Shown: piece by piece, positions 1 to 9,901 of the stretch
How positions within the stretch are numbered: position 1 is the first letter of the stretch
Layout: the number at the start of each line of letters is the position of its first letter
Assembly: GCA_039638295.1 (NCBI GenBank)
Contig: JBDIWJ010000006.1
Span: 1 to 57,635, forward strand
Length of the DNA: 57,635 bases
Source of the DNA: Candidatus Phoenicimicrobium oleiphilum
GTDB taxonomy: Bacteria > Atribacterota > Phoenicimicrobiia > Phoenicimicrobiales > Phoenicimicrobiaceae
Reading direction: 5' to 3'
Notes under the pieces: generated by a model
What the model saw: only the letters and a program-made list of their open reading frames with translations
Told to the model about the DNA's origin: nothing
Databases searched by the model: none
Made by a program: the position numbers and the translations under genes

Positions 1-763
1 TGGCGATACCTCTCTTTCAGCAGGCATTAAAATACTTGCCCAAAAGGAGAAGGCGAGAGTCTTTGATATTAAAGGACGTTACTGGATTGATGTGGATGAC
101 GAAAAGGCCTTTAAGAAAGCAGAAAATGTCCTTTTGAATAATTTAAAAAAAATTTCTGATGGTCCTATATCTCGATATATAAATCGTCCTATTTCTACCT
201 GGATTTCTAAATATATCTTAATAAGTAAAAATATTACCCCCAACCAGATTTCTTTCTTTTCTTTTATCCTTTCTATGATCGGAGCCTTTTTTTTCTTTTT
301 AGGGGGGTATGTCAATTTATTAACTGGTGGAATATTAGTCCAACTATCTTCCATCATTGATGGTTGCGATGGAGAGATTGCCCGCTTAAAGTTTCAAACA
401 TCTGATTTTGGCAGATGGTTTGATGCAGTCTTAGACCGCTATGCTGATGGCTTCCTTCTTTTTGGGTTAACTTATAATGTATATTTTTTAAGAGGAAATT
501 TATTATATCTATTTATCGGATTTTTGGCTATTATTGGAACTTTTATGAACAGTTATACAGCTGACAAATATGATGGATTAATGAAGAGAAAAACTGCTTC
601 AGGAAAGCACTATTTTAGAGTAGGTCGTGATATCCGGATATTTATTATATTTTTGGGAGCTATGGCTAATCAATCTCTTTTAGTTCTACTAGTAATTGCT
701 CTTTTATGCAATATAGAAAATATTAGACGGATAGTAGTTTTTTATAAAAGTGAAAATAGATGA
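1..763 (+). CDS. Bifunctional inositol-1-phosphate cytidylyltransferase / CDP-alcohol phosphotransferase (IPCT/DIPPS-like), 5'-partial
   Basis: The frame of ORF 92..763 is open back to the window edge (GDTSLSAGIK...YWIDVDDEK). WIDVD is a nucleotidyltransferase C-terminal motif. It is followed by the CDP-alcohol phosphotransferase motif DGCDGEIAR...G...D...DRYAD and hydrophobic helices. Confidence 0.75.
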   Translation, partial: GDTSLSAGIKILAQKEKARVFDIKGRYWIDVDDEKAFKKAENVLLNNLKKISDGPISRYINRPISTWISKYILISKNITPNQISFFSFILSMIGAFFFFLGGYVNLLTGGILVQLSSIIDGCDGEIARLKFQTSDFGRWFDAVLDRYADGFLLFGLTYNVYFLRGNLLYLFIGFLAIIGTFMNSYTADKYDGLMKRKTASGKHYFRVGRDIRIFIIFLGAMANQSLLVLLVIALLCNIENIRRIVVFYKSENR

Positions 764-819
764 GATAATCTTTTCCTTCATTTAATAAATTAACGAGTAA
801 GAAAATCGCGAAAACAGTA

Positions 820-1410
820 TCAAAGATTAACTATGGTTCGCTTAAGGGTTTTTATATCTTTCCAGGTTAGCTCTTTAGGGCTGCCTGGGAAAGTTCCTTC
901 ATTTCTTAATAAATAACTAGGATGAAACATAGGAAATATCTTTATTTCTCCTAACCAATCAAACCATCGCCCTCGAAGTTTACTAATTCCTTCAGTAGTA
1001 GTATCTAAAAGATATTGTGTGGGAACGTTACCCAGAGTAACAATAATTTTGGGGTTAATTATGGCAATTTGAGTTTCCAAATAAGGAAAGCAGGTTTCTA
1101 TCTCGCTTTTAGAAGGATTACGGTTACCTGGTGGTCTGCATTTTACCATATTAGTGATAAATACTTCTTCTCTTTTTATATCTACTGATTGTAGAATTTT
1201 CGTCAAAAGCTGTCCTGCTTTTCCTACAAATGGTCTACCTTTAAGGTCCTCTTCCTCACCAGGAGCTTCTCCTATAAGCATTACTTTGAGTTTTGCTTTG
1301 CCTTCACCAGGAACAACCTTGGTACGCGTAAGATATAAAGGACATTTTTTGCAACTTCTACATTCTTTGGCTACTTCTTCCAGGGTAATTGGTTGTATAT
1401 ATTCGGACAT
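820..1410 (-). CDS. udg: Uracil-DNA glycosylase, family 4 (4Fe-4S)
   Basis: CxxC at the N-terminus, GEAPG, KCRPPGNR and HPSYLLR motifs. Confidence 0.92.
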   Translation of the reverse strand: MSEYIQPITLEEVAKECRSCKKCPLYLTRTKVVPGEGKAKLKVMLIGEAPGEEEDLKGRPFVGKAGQLLTKILQSVDIKREEVFITNMVKCRPPGNRNPSKSEIETCFPYLETQIAIINPKIIVTLGNVPTQYLLDTTTEGISKLRGRWFDWLGEIKIFPMFHPSYLLRNEGTFPGSPKELTWKDIKTLKRTIVNL

Positions 1411-1584
1411 CGTTTCAAGCCTCTTTTTTATGGAAATAAATAACTACAAAAAAGTTATTAATCAATTTATAAAATTAAATATAATGGTTAATTCACAAAA
1501 AGCCAAAATATTTTCAACAGATTATATATAGGATACCATGCAGATAATTTCATAGTAAATTATAATTTTAGTCATAATTAAGTT

Positions 1585-1661
1585 GTAGGGGCACAATGAA
1601 TTGTGCCCTCTTAATATTATTACCTAATTTCTCCTGTGGACACGATGCATCGTGCCTTTAC
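1585..1661. repeat. Inverted pair of GTAG-type REP-like hairpins (REPIN-like doublet)
   Basis: GTAGGGGCACAAT-GA-ATTGTGCCC at 1585-1608 (+) and GTAAAGGCACGATGCATCGTGTCC at 1638-1661 (-). Confidence 0.65.
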
Positions 1662-1854
1662 CTTACTATTTTGTCAACTTTTTGGGTCACAATCATATAA
1701 TTGAATTTATATAATTTTACCATTTTTTTATATTTTTTAGCAAGAAATTAAAGATAAAGCCAGATAAAATTCCAGGGAGAACAAATTGTATTTCATTAAA
1801 TAAAAGAGATTAATAAATTATATAAGTTATAAAAAATTTAAAAGATGGCTTGAC

Positions 1855-1874
1855 AACTGTAAATATTTATAGTT
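1855..1874. promoter_or_regulatory. Candidate LexA operator (CTGT-N8-ATAG palindrome) next to TTGACA
   Basis: AACTGTAAAT/ATTTATAGTT near-perfect palindrome abutting TTGACA (1850-1855), ~40 bp upstream of lexA. Confidence 0.55.
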
Positions 1875-1910
1875 TTTTTAAATAAATAATTAAAGGCTAA
1901 ATACAAGCAT

Positions 1911-2546
1911 ATGAAAAATTTAATTCTCACCCAGCGTCAAAGTGAAATATTGAATTTCATAATATCAAGTAAGGAAAAGTTTGGGTATCCTCCTTCTATT
2001 ACTGAAATTCAAAAGAAATTTTCTTTTAAGTCTCCTAATGCTGTTCAAGATCATCTTGAGGCTCTGGAACGAAAAGGTTTTATTTCTCGACGTTCACACA
2101 AAGCAAGGAGTATTGAGATTTTAGTTCATACCCTATCAGGTGAAAACGGTAAGAATAATGCTTTCGAGATACCTATAGTTGGAGAGATTTCCGCAGGCAG
2201 ACCAATTCTTGCTCAGGAAAATATAGAGGGGACTCTCGTAATTGATAGATCATTCATAAAAAATTCTAACGGAATTTTTGCTTTGAGAGTTAAAGGAGAT
2301 AGTATGATTAATGCTGGTATTTTGAATGGAGATTATGTAATAGTTTCTCAACAACAATCTGCTGAACAAGGTGATATAGTCGTGGCACTTATTGAAGATG
2401 AAGCGACAGTGAAAAGATTCTATAAAGAAACAAACAAAATAAGACTACAACCTGAAAATGATACAATGGAACCAATAATTGTTAAATCCAATGAAAATGA
2501 TGTTAGAATAGTTGGTAAAGTAAGAGGTGTAATAAGAAAAATTTAA
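1911..2546 (+). CDS. lexA: SOS repressor LexA
   Basis: wHTH (LTQRQ...PPSITE...SPNAVQDHL), Ala-Gly cleavage site (ISAG), catalytic Ser (GDSM) and Lys (TVKR). Confidence 0.95.
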   Translation: MKNLILTQRQSEILNFIISSKEKFGYPPSITEIQKKFSFKSPNAVQDHLEALERKGFISRRSHKARSIEILVHTLSGENGKNNAFEIPIVGEISAGRPILAQENIEGTLVIDRSFIKNSNGIFALRVKGDSMINAGILNGDYVIVSQQQSAEQGDIVVALIEDEATVKRFYKETNKIRLQPENDTMEPIIVKSNENDVRIVGKVRGVIRKI

Positions 2547-2723
2547 ACAAGGATATATATTAGTATCAGAATTTCAAAAATATCGATACTAAAATGAATT
2601 CTTTAATGTATTAGAAGATATAAAAAAGTTTATAAGAAGTTGATTTTTGAAGTTACGGATCTATAGCAAACTAAATATTGTAATAAATTATTAACAAAAT
2701 ATAGATGAAATGGTGATTTTAAA

Positions 2724-3869
2724 ATGAAAAAAGTAATTAAAAATAATGACAAACAACTAGCATTTGAAAATTTAGAAGCAAAATCGCTTACTTATGGATC
2801 AGTTATTTTAAATAAAGAAAAATTTACTCAAGTTTTACAGGAGACTAAAAGTCTAAGTAATTTAAACTCTCTTAAGAATAGAATATTTACTTTAAAAAAC
2901 ATTATAACTTATCCCAAGAATGACCAAGAAGGTATATTAAATATTGATGCTAATGGAGACACAGTTTCTTTACGTAAAGATGTTCTGATTTCCGATTTAA
3001 ATCAGATTTTAGAATCACGTACACTTCAAAGAGCAAATTATTATCTTGGAAGATTAAAAAATGGGGTTCAAAAGATTAAAACTAATAAAACTAATGATAT
3101 AAATCTTTTAAGATGGAAAGAATATGATAATATTATTACAGATAGCCTTTGGGTGTTGGCAAAAAGAGATAATTCTGGTGCTCATTTGGGTTGGTATTGG
3201 GGAAATTTCATTCCACAAATTCCACATCAAATGATGTTAAGATATACCAAAAAGAATGATTGGGTTCTAGACCCCTTTGTGGGAAGTGGTACAACTTTGA
3301 TTGAATGTCGACGGCTGGGGAGAAATGGCATTGGGATAGAATTGAATCCTGAGACAGCGCAAAAAGCAAAAGAATTAATTGAAAGAGAGCAAAACAAGGA
3401 CGATGTTGTTACCCAAGTAATGGTTGGTGACAGTAGGACAATAGATATAAAAACAATTTTGGATAAATATAAAATAAATTGTGTGCAACTTCTTATTATG
3501 CACCCTCCCTACCACGACATAATTAAATTTTCAAGAGATGATAAAGATCTTTCAAATGCAAGAAATACAGAAGATTTTTTAAAAATGTTTGGTAGAGTAG
3601 TAGATAATGTGACTCCATATTTAGAAAAAGGACGATATTTTGCTTTAGTTATTGGTGATAAATATTCTAAAGGTGAATGGATACCCTTAGGTTTTTACTG
3701 TATGAATGAGGTTTTAAAGAGGAATTTCTTATTAAAAAGCATTATTGTAAAAAATTTTGAGGAAACAAGAGGAAAGAGAAACCAAAAAGAACTCTGGCGA
3801 TACCGAGCATTGGTTGGTGGATTTTATATTTTTAAGCATGAATATATAATGCTTTTTAAGAAAAAATAA
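2724..3869 (+). CDS. Site-specific DNA amino-methyltransferase (N4-C/N6-A)
   Basis: GNFIPQIP, motif I DPFVGSGTT, GIELN and motif IV-like HPPY; lies directly upstream of a nuclease-like gene. Confidence 0.85.
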   Translation: MKKVIKNNDKQLAFENLEAKSLTYGSVILNKEKFTQVLQETKSLSNLNSLKNRIFTLKNIITYPKNDQEGILNIDANGDTVSLRKDVLISDLNQILESRTLQRANYYLGRLKNGVQKIKTNKTNDINLLRWKEYDNIITDSLWVLAKRDNSGAHLGWYWGNFIPQIPHQMMLRYTKKNDWVLDPFVGSGTTLIECRRLGRNGIGIELNPETAQKAKELIEREQNKDDVVTQVMVGDSRTIDIKTILDKYKINCVQLLIMHPPYHDIIKFSRDDKDLSNARNTEDFLKMFGRVVDNVTPYLEKGRYFALVIGDKYSKGEWIPLGFYCMNEVLKRNFLLKSIIVKNFEETRGKRNQKELWRYRALVGGFYIFKHEYIMLFKKK

Positions 3870-3881
3870 AGGGAGGGATTT

Positions 3882-4714
3882 ATGCCATTATTGAGCCAAA
3901 GGGAAGTATTAAATTTAAAACTTAGTTGTATTCCATTACCACAATTAAGAATGCTTGCACTGGATTTATGTGTTTCTAATAAGGGTAAAGCCACAGATAT
4001 TATTAAGAGAATATGGGAAAGCCAACCAGATGAGCAAATAATTAATGAATTTATTAAAAAAAGATATGCTGAAAAAATTCAAGAACGAAGGGAAAATATT
4101 TCTGATGAAGATTTAAAAAAGAGTTAACTAATGTAAAGGATTTTTCTTGGGGTGTAGTTCAAGGTCAACTAGATCAAAAGATACAGACTGAGTATGTAAG
4201 AAAAATTGTTAGATATAAAGATTTATTAGATAGTGTTAAAATAAAACTTCATAATGATGTGACAAATTATGTAATTTGTACTTGGTTTAACCATTGGACA
4301 ACTGTATTAATTGAAGAACACATAAGTACTCATAAAAAGGTAATTCCAACTATTAAGAACATAAAGGGTATTGATATTTTCTTTGATGGTCAACCATTTG
4401 ACTTAAAGGTAACTTATTTACCAAATAGATATAATCCAGTAAGGGCTATAGAAAATCCTTCCGACTTAGCAATCTGGTTGTATGAAAATCAAGGGGCTCA
4501 GAGATTTGGGGCAGATAATAGATTATTCGTTATATTATTAGATAGAGATAAACCGGAAAGAAGTTGGGAACTAAAAAGAGACTTTGACCTTGTCTTCCGG
4601 AATATTGATGATTTTTTTTCAGCAGAAACAGTTTCTAAGAAAGACGAAATTGTTTTTAGTTTTGGTAGAAAAACATTTACGGCAATTACAAAAGTATTAA
4701 TTATTACGAAATAG
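3882..4714 (+). pseudogene. Type II restriction endonuclease-like gene split by a -1 frameshift at 4115-4121
   Basis: ORFs 3882..4127 and 4259..4714 join into one ~277-aa frame if one base is regained in AAAAAAG (4115-4121): ...EDLKK-ELTNVKDFSWGVVQGQLDQKIQ...VTNYVICTWFNHW. PD-(D/E)xK-like IDIF...PFDLKVT is present. Confidence 0.7.
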
Positions 4715-4782
4715 GAAATTATAATTAATTGGATTTCTTAATAAAAAATATAAAAATACTGACAGGTACCTATTTTCAAGAA

Positions 4783-4884
4783 ATGGAGAGAACAAAACAT
4801 ATTCATAGATTGCATCCATACAAAGGTAAATTTATCTCTCAGTTAGTAGAATATTTTCTTGATTCTCATACTAATGAATTTTAG
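4783..4884 (+). pseudogene. 33-aa remnant of a second DNA methyltransferase
   Basis: MERTKHIHRLHPYKGKFISQLVEYFLDSHTNEF* resembles the HPYKGKFIPQLVEYF N-terminal block of amino-MTases, then stops. Confidence 0.55.
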
Positions 4885-5107
4885 ATGGGAGTATGTTATA
4901 AAAACATTTGAGGTTATTTTAACCAAATCATATATTATGAGAATAAAAGCAGAAGATAAAGATAAAGCAAAAATATATTCAGAGTTATTTCCAGGCGATA
5001 TACAGGATATTTCATCAATTGATTATAGAAGAAAATTTAACCTTGAAATAGAAGATATTGTTTGCAAGATAAATGAAGTTTTTGAGGTTCAAGAAGAATC
5101 ACCGTAA
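4859..5107 (+). CDS. Small hypothetical protein, possibly decayed (start codon may be mutated to ATA at 4898)
   Basis: ORF track call; SD-like GGGAG at ~4887 precedes ATA-AAA-ACA-TTT-GAG. Confidence 0.35.
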   Translation: MILILMNFRWEYVIKTFEVILTKSYIMRIKAEDKDKAKIYSELFPGDIQDISSIDYRRKFNLEIEDIVCKINEVFEVQEESP

Positions 5108-5627
5108 GCAAATTAAGGAAAAAGAGATAATTATATGTAAAATTTGATAATTCCCAGTTTTTATAAGAAAAAATAGTAAGGCTTTAAAACGTAGAAAATA
5201 TAAGGGTTTCTGCGTTTTTTTGTTATATGGGATGGTGGTAGTGCTTCTAAAATAGGGAGAAAATAAGGTAAAAATGCGCAAAAAATTGTATTTTGGAGAG
5301 GCTGAAACCGTTGCAAAATAAGGGTTTTAGACAAATATTGCAATAGAGACGTTTTTTTCAAGTGGGTAAGGTGATTGTCTATGATTTTTAAAATAGACGC
5401 TTAAAATGGCTTATTTTAGATATAGGTGAAAATCCTTATTTTGTAAGGGATTTAGTGAGTTTTGACTAAAGAAGAAAATTGAGACTATTATAAAAAAAAG
5501 AGGAATTTTAAAAGTTTTATAGAATATATATAGCAAACAGTATTATAATTAGAAAAAGTGTTTACGATTGTAGATGCTATATATAGCAGAAAAAAAATAA
5601 TCGGATCTTTTATTAGTAGTAAGTGGG

Positions 5628-7358
5628 GTGAGAAAATTGAAAAATTTAGAATTATCCCGTATATTTGAGCAGATTGCCAAAATATTAAAAATTAAAGATG
5701 AAAACCCTTTTAAGATTAGAGCTTATGAAAAGGTTGCTTTGGTTTTGGAAAATTTACCTATTGATGTAGAGACAATTTACCGACAGGGAGGATTAAATAA
5801 TATTCCGGGAGTTGGTGAAGGTATTGCCAAAAAGATTGAAGAATTTTTAACTACTGGTAAGCTGGAGTATTATGAAACATTAAAAGAGAGTGTGCCTGCT
5901 GGAGTGATAGAGCTTTTGGATATTCCTGAAGTCGGACCCAAGACAGCTAAGCTTCTATATGAACAATTAAATGTAGATAACATAGAGAAATTAGAAAAAG
6001 CAGTTAAAGAGCACCTGATTAAAGATTTACCTGGAATGGGGGAGAAATCAGAAACAAATATCTTGAGAGGAATAGAATTATATAAAAGGCGAAAAGAGAG
6101 ATTTCTTTTAGGCCTGGCTCTCCCTTTAGCAGAAGAGATTGTAGAGAGATTAAGCAAATTAGAAGAGACCAATAAAATAAACTTTGCCGGGAGCTTAAGA
6201 CGAAAAAAAGAGACTATCGGGGATATTGATATTTTGGTGACTTCCCAGAAGCCTGAGAAGATAATGAAGACTTTCGTTTCTCTGCCTCAGGTTAGAGAAA
6301 TTTTAGCAGAAGGACCGACCAAATCGAGTGTTATTACCAGAGATGATATTCATGTAGATGTGCGAGTGGTAGAGCCAATAAGTTTTGGGGCAGCTCTACA
6401 ATATTTTACCGGCTCCAAAGCCCACAATATTAAACTAAGAGAATTAGCAGTAAAGAGAGGTTTAAAGATAAATGAATATGGAGTATTTGATTCTAAAACT
6501 GGTAAGAGGATAACCGGGGAAGAAGAAGAGGAAGTCTATCGAATTTTAGAATTACCTTTTATTCCCCCAGAATTAAGAGAAGATAGAGGAGAAATTGAAG
6601 CAGCCCAAGAGAATGAATTGCCTCAACTAATAGAATATCCCCAAATTAAAGGTGATTTGCATCTTCATACTAAATGGAGCGATGGGGCTCATACCATTAG
6701 ACAGATGGCAGAAGAAGCCAAGAAAAGGGGTTATAATTATATAGCTATTACTGACCATTCACAATCACTTAAATTTGCTGGGGGGTTAACCGAAGAGAGA
6801 CTTGTAGAACAAATAGAAGAAATTCAAAAATTAAACCTGGAATTGGACGATTTTACAGTTTTGACCGGGATTGAGGTAGATATAAAATCAGATGGTAGTT
6901 TAGATTTCTCTGATGAAATATTAAGTAAATTAGATGTGGTAGTGGCAGCAATTCATTCTGGTTTTAAACAAGAAAGTAAAATTATTACCGAAAGAATTAT
7001 TAAAGCTATGCAAAATAAATTTGTACATATTATTGCTCATCCTACTGGACGTTTAATTGGCTATCGTGAAGCATACCAGATGGATATGGACAAGATAATT
7101 CAAGTTGCTGCAGATACTGGGACTATTTTAGAAATAAATGCTCATCCAGAAAGGCTTGACCTAAATGATGTCTATTGTCGGATGGCTAAAGAAAGGGGGG
7201 TTCAGCTGGCTATCGAGACCGATGCCCATAGTGCTGAAGGATTAGCCACCATGGATTTTGGAATAGCCGTTGCCCGCCGAGGTTGGTTAGAAGAAAAAGA
7301 TATCATAAATACCCTCTCTTTGGATAAGTTAGTGAAAAGATTGAAAAGAAAATTGTAA
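5628..7358 (+). CDS. polX: DNA polymerase X / PHP 3'-5' exonuclease
   Basis: HhH motifs, GSLRR...GDIDIL, YFTGSK, and a PHP domain (HLHTKWSDG, TDHS, AHPTGR, TDAH). Confidence 0.95.
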   Translation: MRKLKNLELSRIFEQIAKILKIKDENPFKIRAYEKVALVLENLPIDVETIYRQGGLNNIPGVGEGIAKKIEEFLTTGKLEYYETLKESVPAGVIELLDIPEVGPKTAKLLYEQLNVDNIEKLEKAVKEHLIKDLPGMGEKSETNILRGIELYKRRKERFLLGLALPLAEEIVERLSKLEETNKINFAGSLRRKKETIGDIDILVTSQKPEKIMKTFVSLPQVREILAEGPTKSSVITRDDIHVDVRVVEPISFGAALQYFTGSKAHNIKLRELAVKRGLKINEYGVFDSKTGKRITGEEEEEVYRILELPFIPPELREDRGEIEAAQENELPQLIEYPQIKGDLHLHTKWSDGAHTIRQMAEEAKKRGYNYIAITDHSQSLKFAGGLTEERLVEQIEEIQKLNLELDDFTVLTGIEVDIKSDGSLDFSDEILSKLDVVVAAIHSGFKQESKIITERIIKAMQNKFVHIIAHPTGRLIGYREAYQMDMDKIIQVAADTGTILEINAHPERLDLNDVYCRMAKERGVQLAIETDAHSAEGLATMDFGIAVARRGWLEEKDIINTLSLDKLVKRLKRKL

Positions 7359-7407
7359 ATTCTTTTATTGGTAGGTTATTTTTTAAATAAAAAGATTCAC
7401 CGGACTG

Positions 7408-7436
7408 TTGACAAAATGTTTTTTATTGTGTAGACT
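7408..7436 (+). promoter_or_regulatory. Sigma70-type promoter for the T-box-proBA transcript
   Basis: TTGACA (7408-7413), 17 bp, TAGACT (7431-7436). Confidence 0.65.
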
Positions 7437-7459
7437 TTTAGAAAATTTAAATAGTAAAA

Positions 7460-7746
7460 AGTTTTGAAAGGGACTAGTAAAAATATAATATTGTGCCCAG
7501 AGAGTAGAACTTAAAAGCTGGAAAGTTCTACCAAAGAAATATATTTTGAACCCACCCTAAAAAACTGAAAACGATAAGTTTTAGCCGGTTTTCCCAGCCG
7601 TTACCTAAGGGAAGGTATAAACTCAGAAAGTTTTTTGAGATGTACCTTTTTGAGTGGATCCGTATTATTATTTGGGTTAAATAGGGTGGTACCGCGGAAG
7701 ATAGATATGCTCTTTCGTCCATATATGTGGATGAAAGAGCTTTTTG
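7460..7746 (+). ncRNA. T-box riboswitch (proline)
   Basis: Stem I with AGTA, AGAGAG bulge and GCTG; specifier GAA-CCC (Pro, 7551-7553); GCCGTTA F-box; T-box AGGGTGGTACCGCG (7683-7696); terminator GCTCTTTCGTCC/GGATGAAAGAGC plus U-tract. Confidence 0.92.
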
Positions 7747-7783
7747 TTTATATATATTCTTTATTTTAAAGGGGGTAGTACTA

Positions 7784-8605
7784 TTGGAAAAATTTATTAC
7801 ATTTAAGAAAATTAATCGAATTGTAATCAAAATAGGAACTTCTACTATAATGAAAAACATTAATGAAGTGAATATTTCTAATTTAGAAAGAATTGTTAGG
7901 GTTATTTCATATTTACATAATCAGGGGAGAGAAGTTGTGGTTGTTTCTTCAGGAGCAATTGGTATGGGAGTAAGTAAAATTGGACTAAAACGGAAGCCCA
8001 AGAAATTGGAAGATAAACAAGCTATGGCAGCAATTGGTCAAGGACTTTTAATGCATATATATGAAGATATTTTTGCAAAATATGGAATAACTGTTGCCCA
8101 GATGTTGTTAACTCGTAGTGATTTTGAGGATAACAATCGTAAGCATAATACCGACAATACTTTTAGTGCCCTTTTCAAATATAAAGTAATACCTATCGTG
8201 AATGAGAATGATACAGTTGCAGTAGAAGAGATAGTTTATGGAGATAATGATACTCTTTCTGCTGTAGTATCAACATTAATTAAGTCAGAACTATTAGTAA
8301 TGCTTTCTGATACCGACGGTCTTTATACTGGGGATCCTCGGACAAATAAAAAAGTGAAAAAATTGTCTTTAGTTGAAAATATAGATAGAGATATAGAAAA
8401 TTTTTGTTGGGGTGCTGGCAGTGCTTTTGGAACGGGTGGAATGAAGACAAAGATATTTGCAGCTAAAATAGCTACATCTCAAGGGATATGTGTGGCAATT
8501 ATAAAAGGAGATGAGCCTGAACAGATTATAAATCTCGTTTTTGGGGAAATTAAAGGGACAGTCTTTTTGCCAAAGATTGAGAAGGGGGCAGTATTAAATG
8601 AGTAA
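7784..8605 (+). CDS. proB: Glutamate 5-kinase (short form, no PUA domain)
   Basis: VIKIGTS, SSGA, NEND, GDNDTLS and GTGGMKTK motifs. Start moved to TTG 7784 (SD AGGGGGT) because the track start at 7727 lies inside the T-box terminator. Confidence 0.93.
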   Translation: MEKFITFKKINRIVIKIGTSTIMKNINEVNISNLERIVRVISYLHNQGREVVVVSSGAIGMGVSKIGLKRKPKKLEDKQAMAAIGQGLLMHIYEDIFAKYGITVAQMLLTRSDFEDNNRKHNTDNTFSALFKYKVIPIVNENDTVAVEEIVYGDNDTLSAVVSTLIKSELLVMLSDTDGLYTGDPRTNKKVKKLSLVENIDRDIENFCWGAGSAFGTGGMKTKIFAAKIATSQGICVAIIKGDEPEQIINLVFGEIKGTVFLPKIEKGAVLNE

Positions 8606-9842
8606 TCTAAAAACGATTGGTCAAAAGTCAAGATTAGCCTCTTATGAAATGGCTCGTTGTTTTACTAACAAGAAGAATTCTGCATTGAAGTTTATGGCTG
8701 AGAACTTGAAAAAAGCAGAAAGATTTATTTTGGAAAATAATAATAAAGATATTGAAATGGCACGACGGAAAGGAATGTCAGGAGCTATTTTAGATAGATT
8801 GAAATTAGATAAAAAAAGGATTAAGGCAATGTCTGACGGGTTGTTGTCCATTGCTGCATTGCCAGACCCTGTAGGGGAAATAGAAACAATGATAAAGAGA
8901 CCAAATGGGCTTTATATAGGCAAAAAAAGAGTGCCGTTGGGAGTGATTGGTATAATTTATGAAGCCAGACCTAATGTTACTGTCGATGCTTCAGCTTTAT
9001 GTCTTAAATCAGGAAACGCAGTTATATTACGAGGTGGTTCTGAAGCGATAAATTCAAATAGGGCGCTAGTAAAGATCTTAAAGGAGGGATTAAAAGAGAG
9101 CGATATTCCTTCTGAGGTCATTCAACTTATTACTGATACCAAAAGAGAAAAAGTTAAAGAAATGATTAAAATGAGAGAGTATATTGATGTGTTGATCCCT
9201 CGAGGTGGTGCATCACTTATTAAAATGGTAGCAGAAAATTCTTTAGTTCCGGTTATTGAGACTGGGGTAGGTAATTGTCATATTTATGTAGATGATGAAG
9301 TTGATTTGGAAATGGCGGAAAAAATAGTAATTAATGCTAAGACTAGTAGGCCTGCTGTCTGTAATGCTGCCGAAACTCTTTTAGTTGCGGAGAAAGTTGC
9401 TTCCTTGTTTCTTCCTAAATTGTTGTCGGAATTTGAAAAAATGGGGGTCGAAATAAGAGGGTGTAGCAAAGTTAAGAAAATATTTCCTGTATGCAAAGAC
9501 GCGATAGAAGAAGACTGGTATACAGAGTATCTCGATTACATAATTTCTGTAAAAGTAGTGAAAGATATAGATATGGCCATTGAACATATAAATAAATATG
9601 GGACCAAGCATTCAGAAACAATAGTTACTAGTAGTTATCAGAAAGCTCAAAAATTTTTAGAGGAAGTTGATGCTGCAGCAGTTTATGTAAATGCTTCAAC
9701 TCGTTTTACTGATGGATTTGAATTTGGGTTGGGGGCAGAGATTGGTATAAGTACCCAAAAGCTGCATGCGCGAGGACCAATGGGTTTAAAGGAACTTACT
9801 ACTTACAAATATATAATATATGGGAATGGACAAATTCGTTAA
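8598..9842 (+). CDS. proA: Gamma-glutamyl phosphate reductase
   Basis: VPLGVIGIIYEARPNV, CNAAET and NASTRFTDGFEFGLGAEIGISTQKLHARGP. Confidence 0.97.
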   Translation: MSNLKTIGQKSRLASYEMARCFTNKKNSALKFMAENLKKAERFILENNNKDIEMARRKGMSGAILDRLKLDKKRIKAMSDGLLSIAALPDPVGEIETMIKRPNGLYIGKKRVPLGVIGIIYEARPNVTVDASALCLKSGNAVILRGGSEAINSNRALVKILKEGLKESDIPSEVIQLITDTKREKVKEMIKMREYIDVLIPRGGASLIKMVAENSLVPVIETGVGNCHIYVDDEVDLEMAEKIVINAKTSRPAVCNAAETLLVAEKVASLFLPKLLSEFEKMGVEIRGCSKVKKIFPVCKDAIEEDWYTEYLDYIISVKVVKDIDMAIEHINKYGTKHSETIVTSSYQKAQKFLEEVDAAAVYVNASTRFTDGFEFGLGAEIGISTQKLHARGPMGLKELTTYKYIIYGNGQIR

Positions 9843-9901
9843 GAAAAGGCATTTATTTTTAAAAATTGTATAGTATGTCCTGAACAACGCCCAAAGAAAG
9901 T

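Noticed and set aside
2560-2592. TTAGTATC...GATACTAA inverted repeat as an RM controller (C-box) site
   Set aside because: No controller gene is present, and an 8-bp AT-rich repeat can arise by chance.
5099-5361. Two short minus-strand ORFs and a possible transposase remnant
   Set aside because: No recognisable protein motif or terminal inverted repeats could be established.
7727-7783. ORF-track N-terminal extension of proB and ORF 7528..7860 (-)
   Set aside because: They overlap the T-box and its terminator; TTG 7784 has a proper SD.
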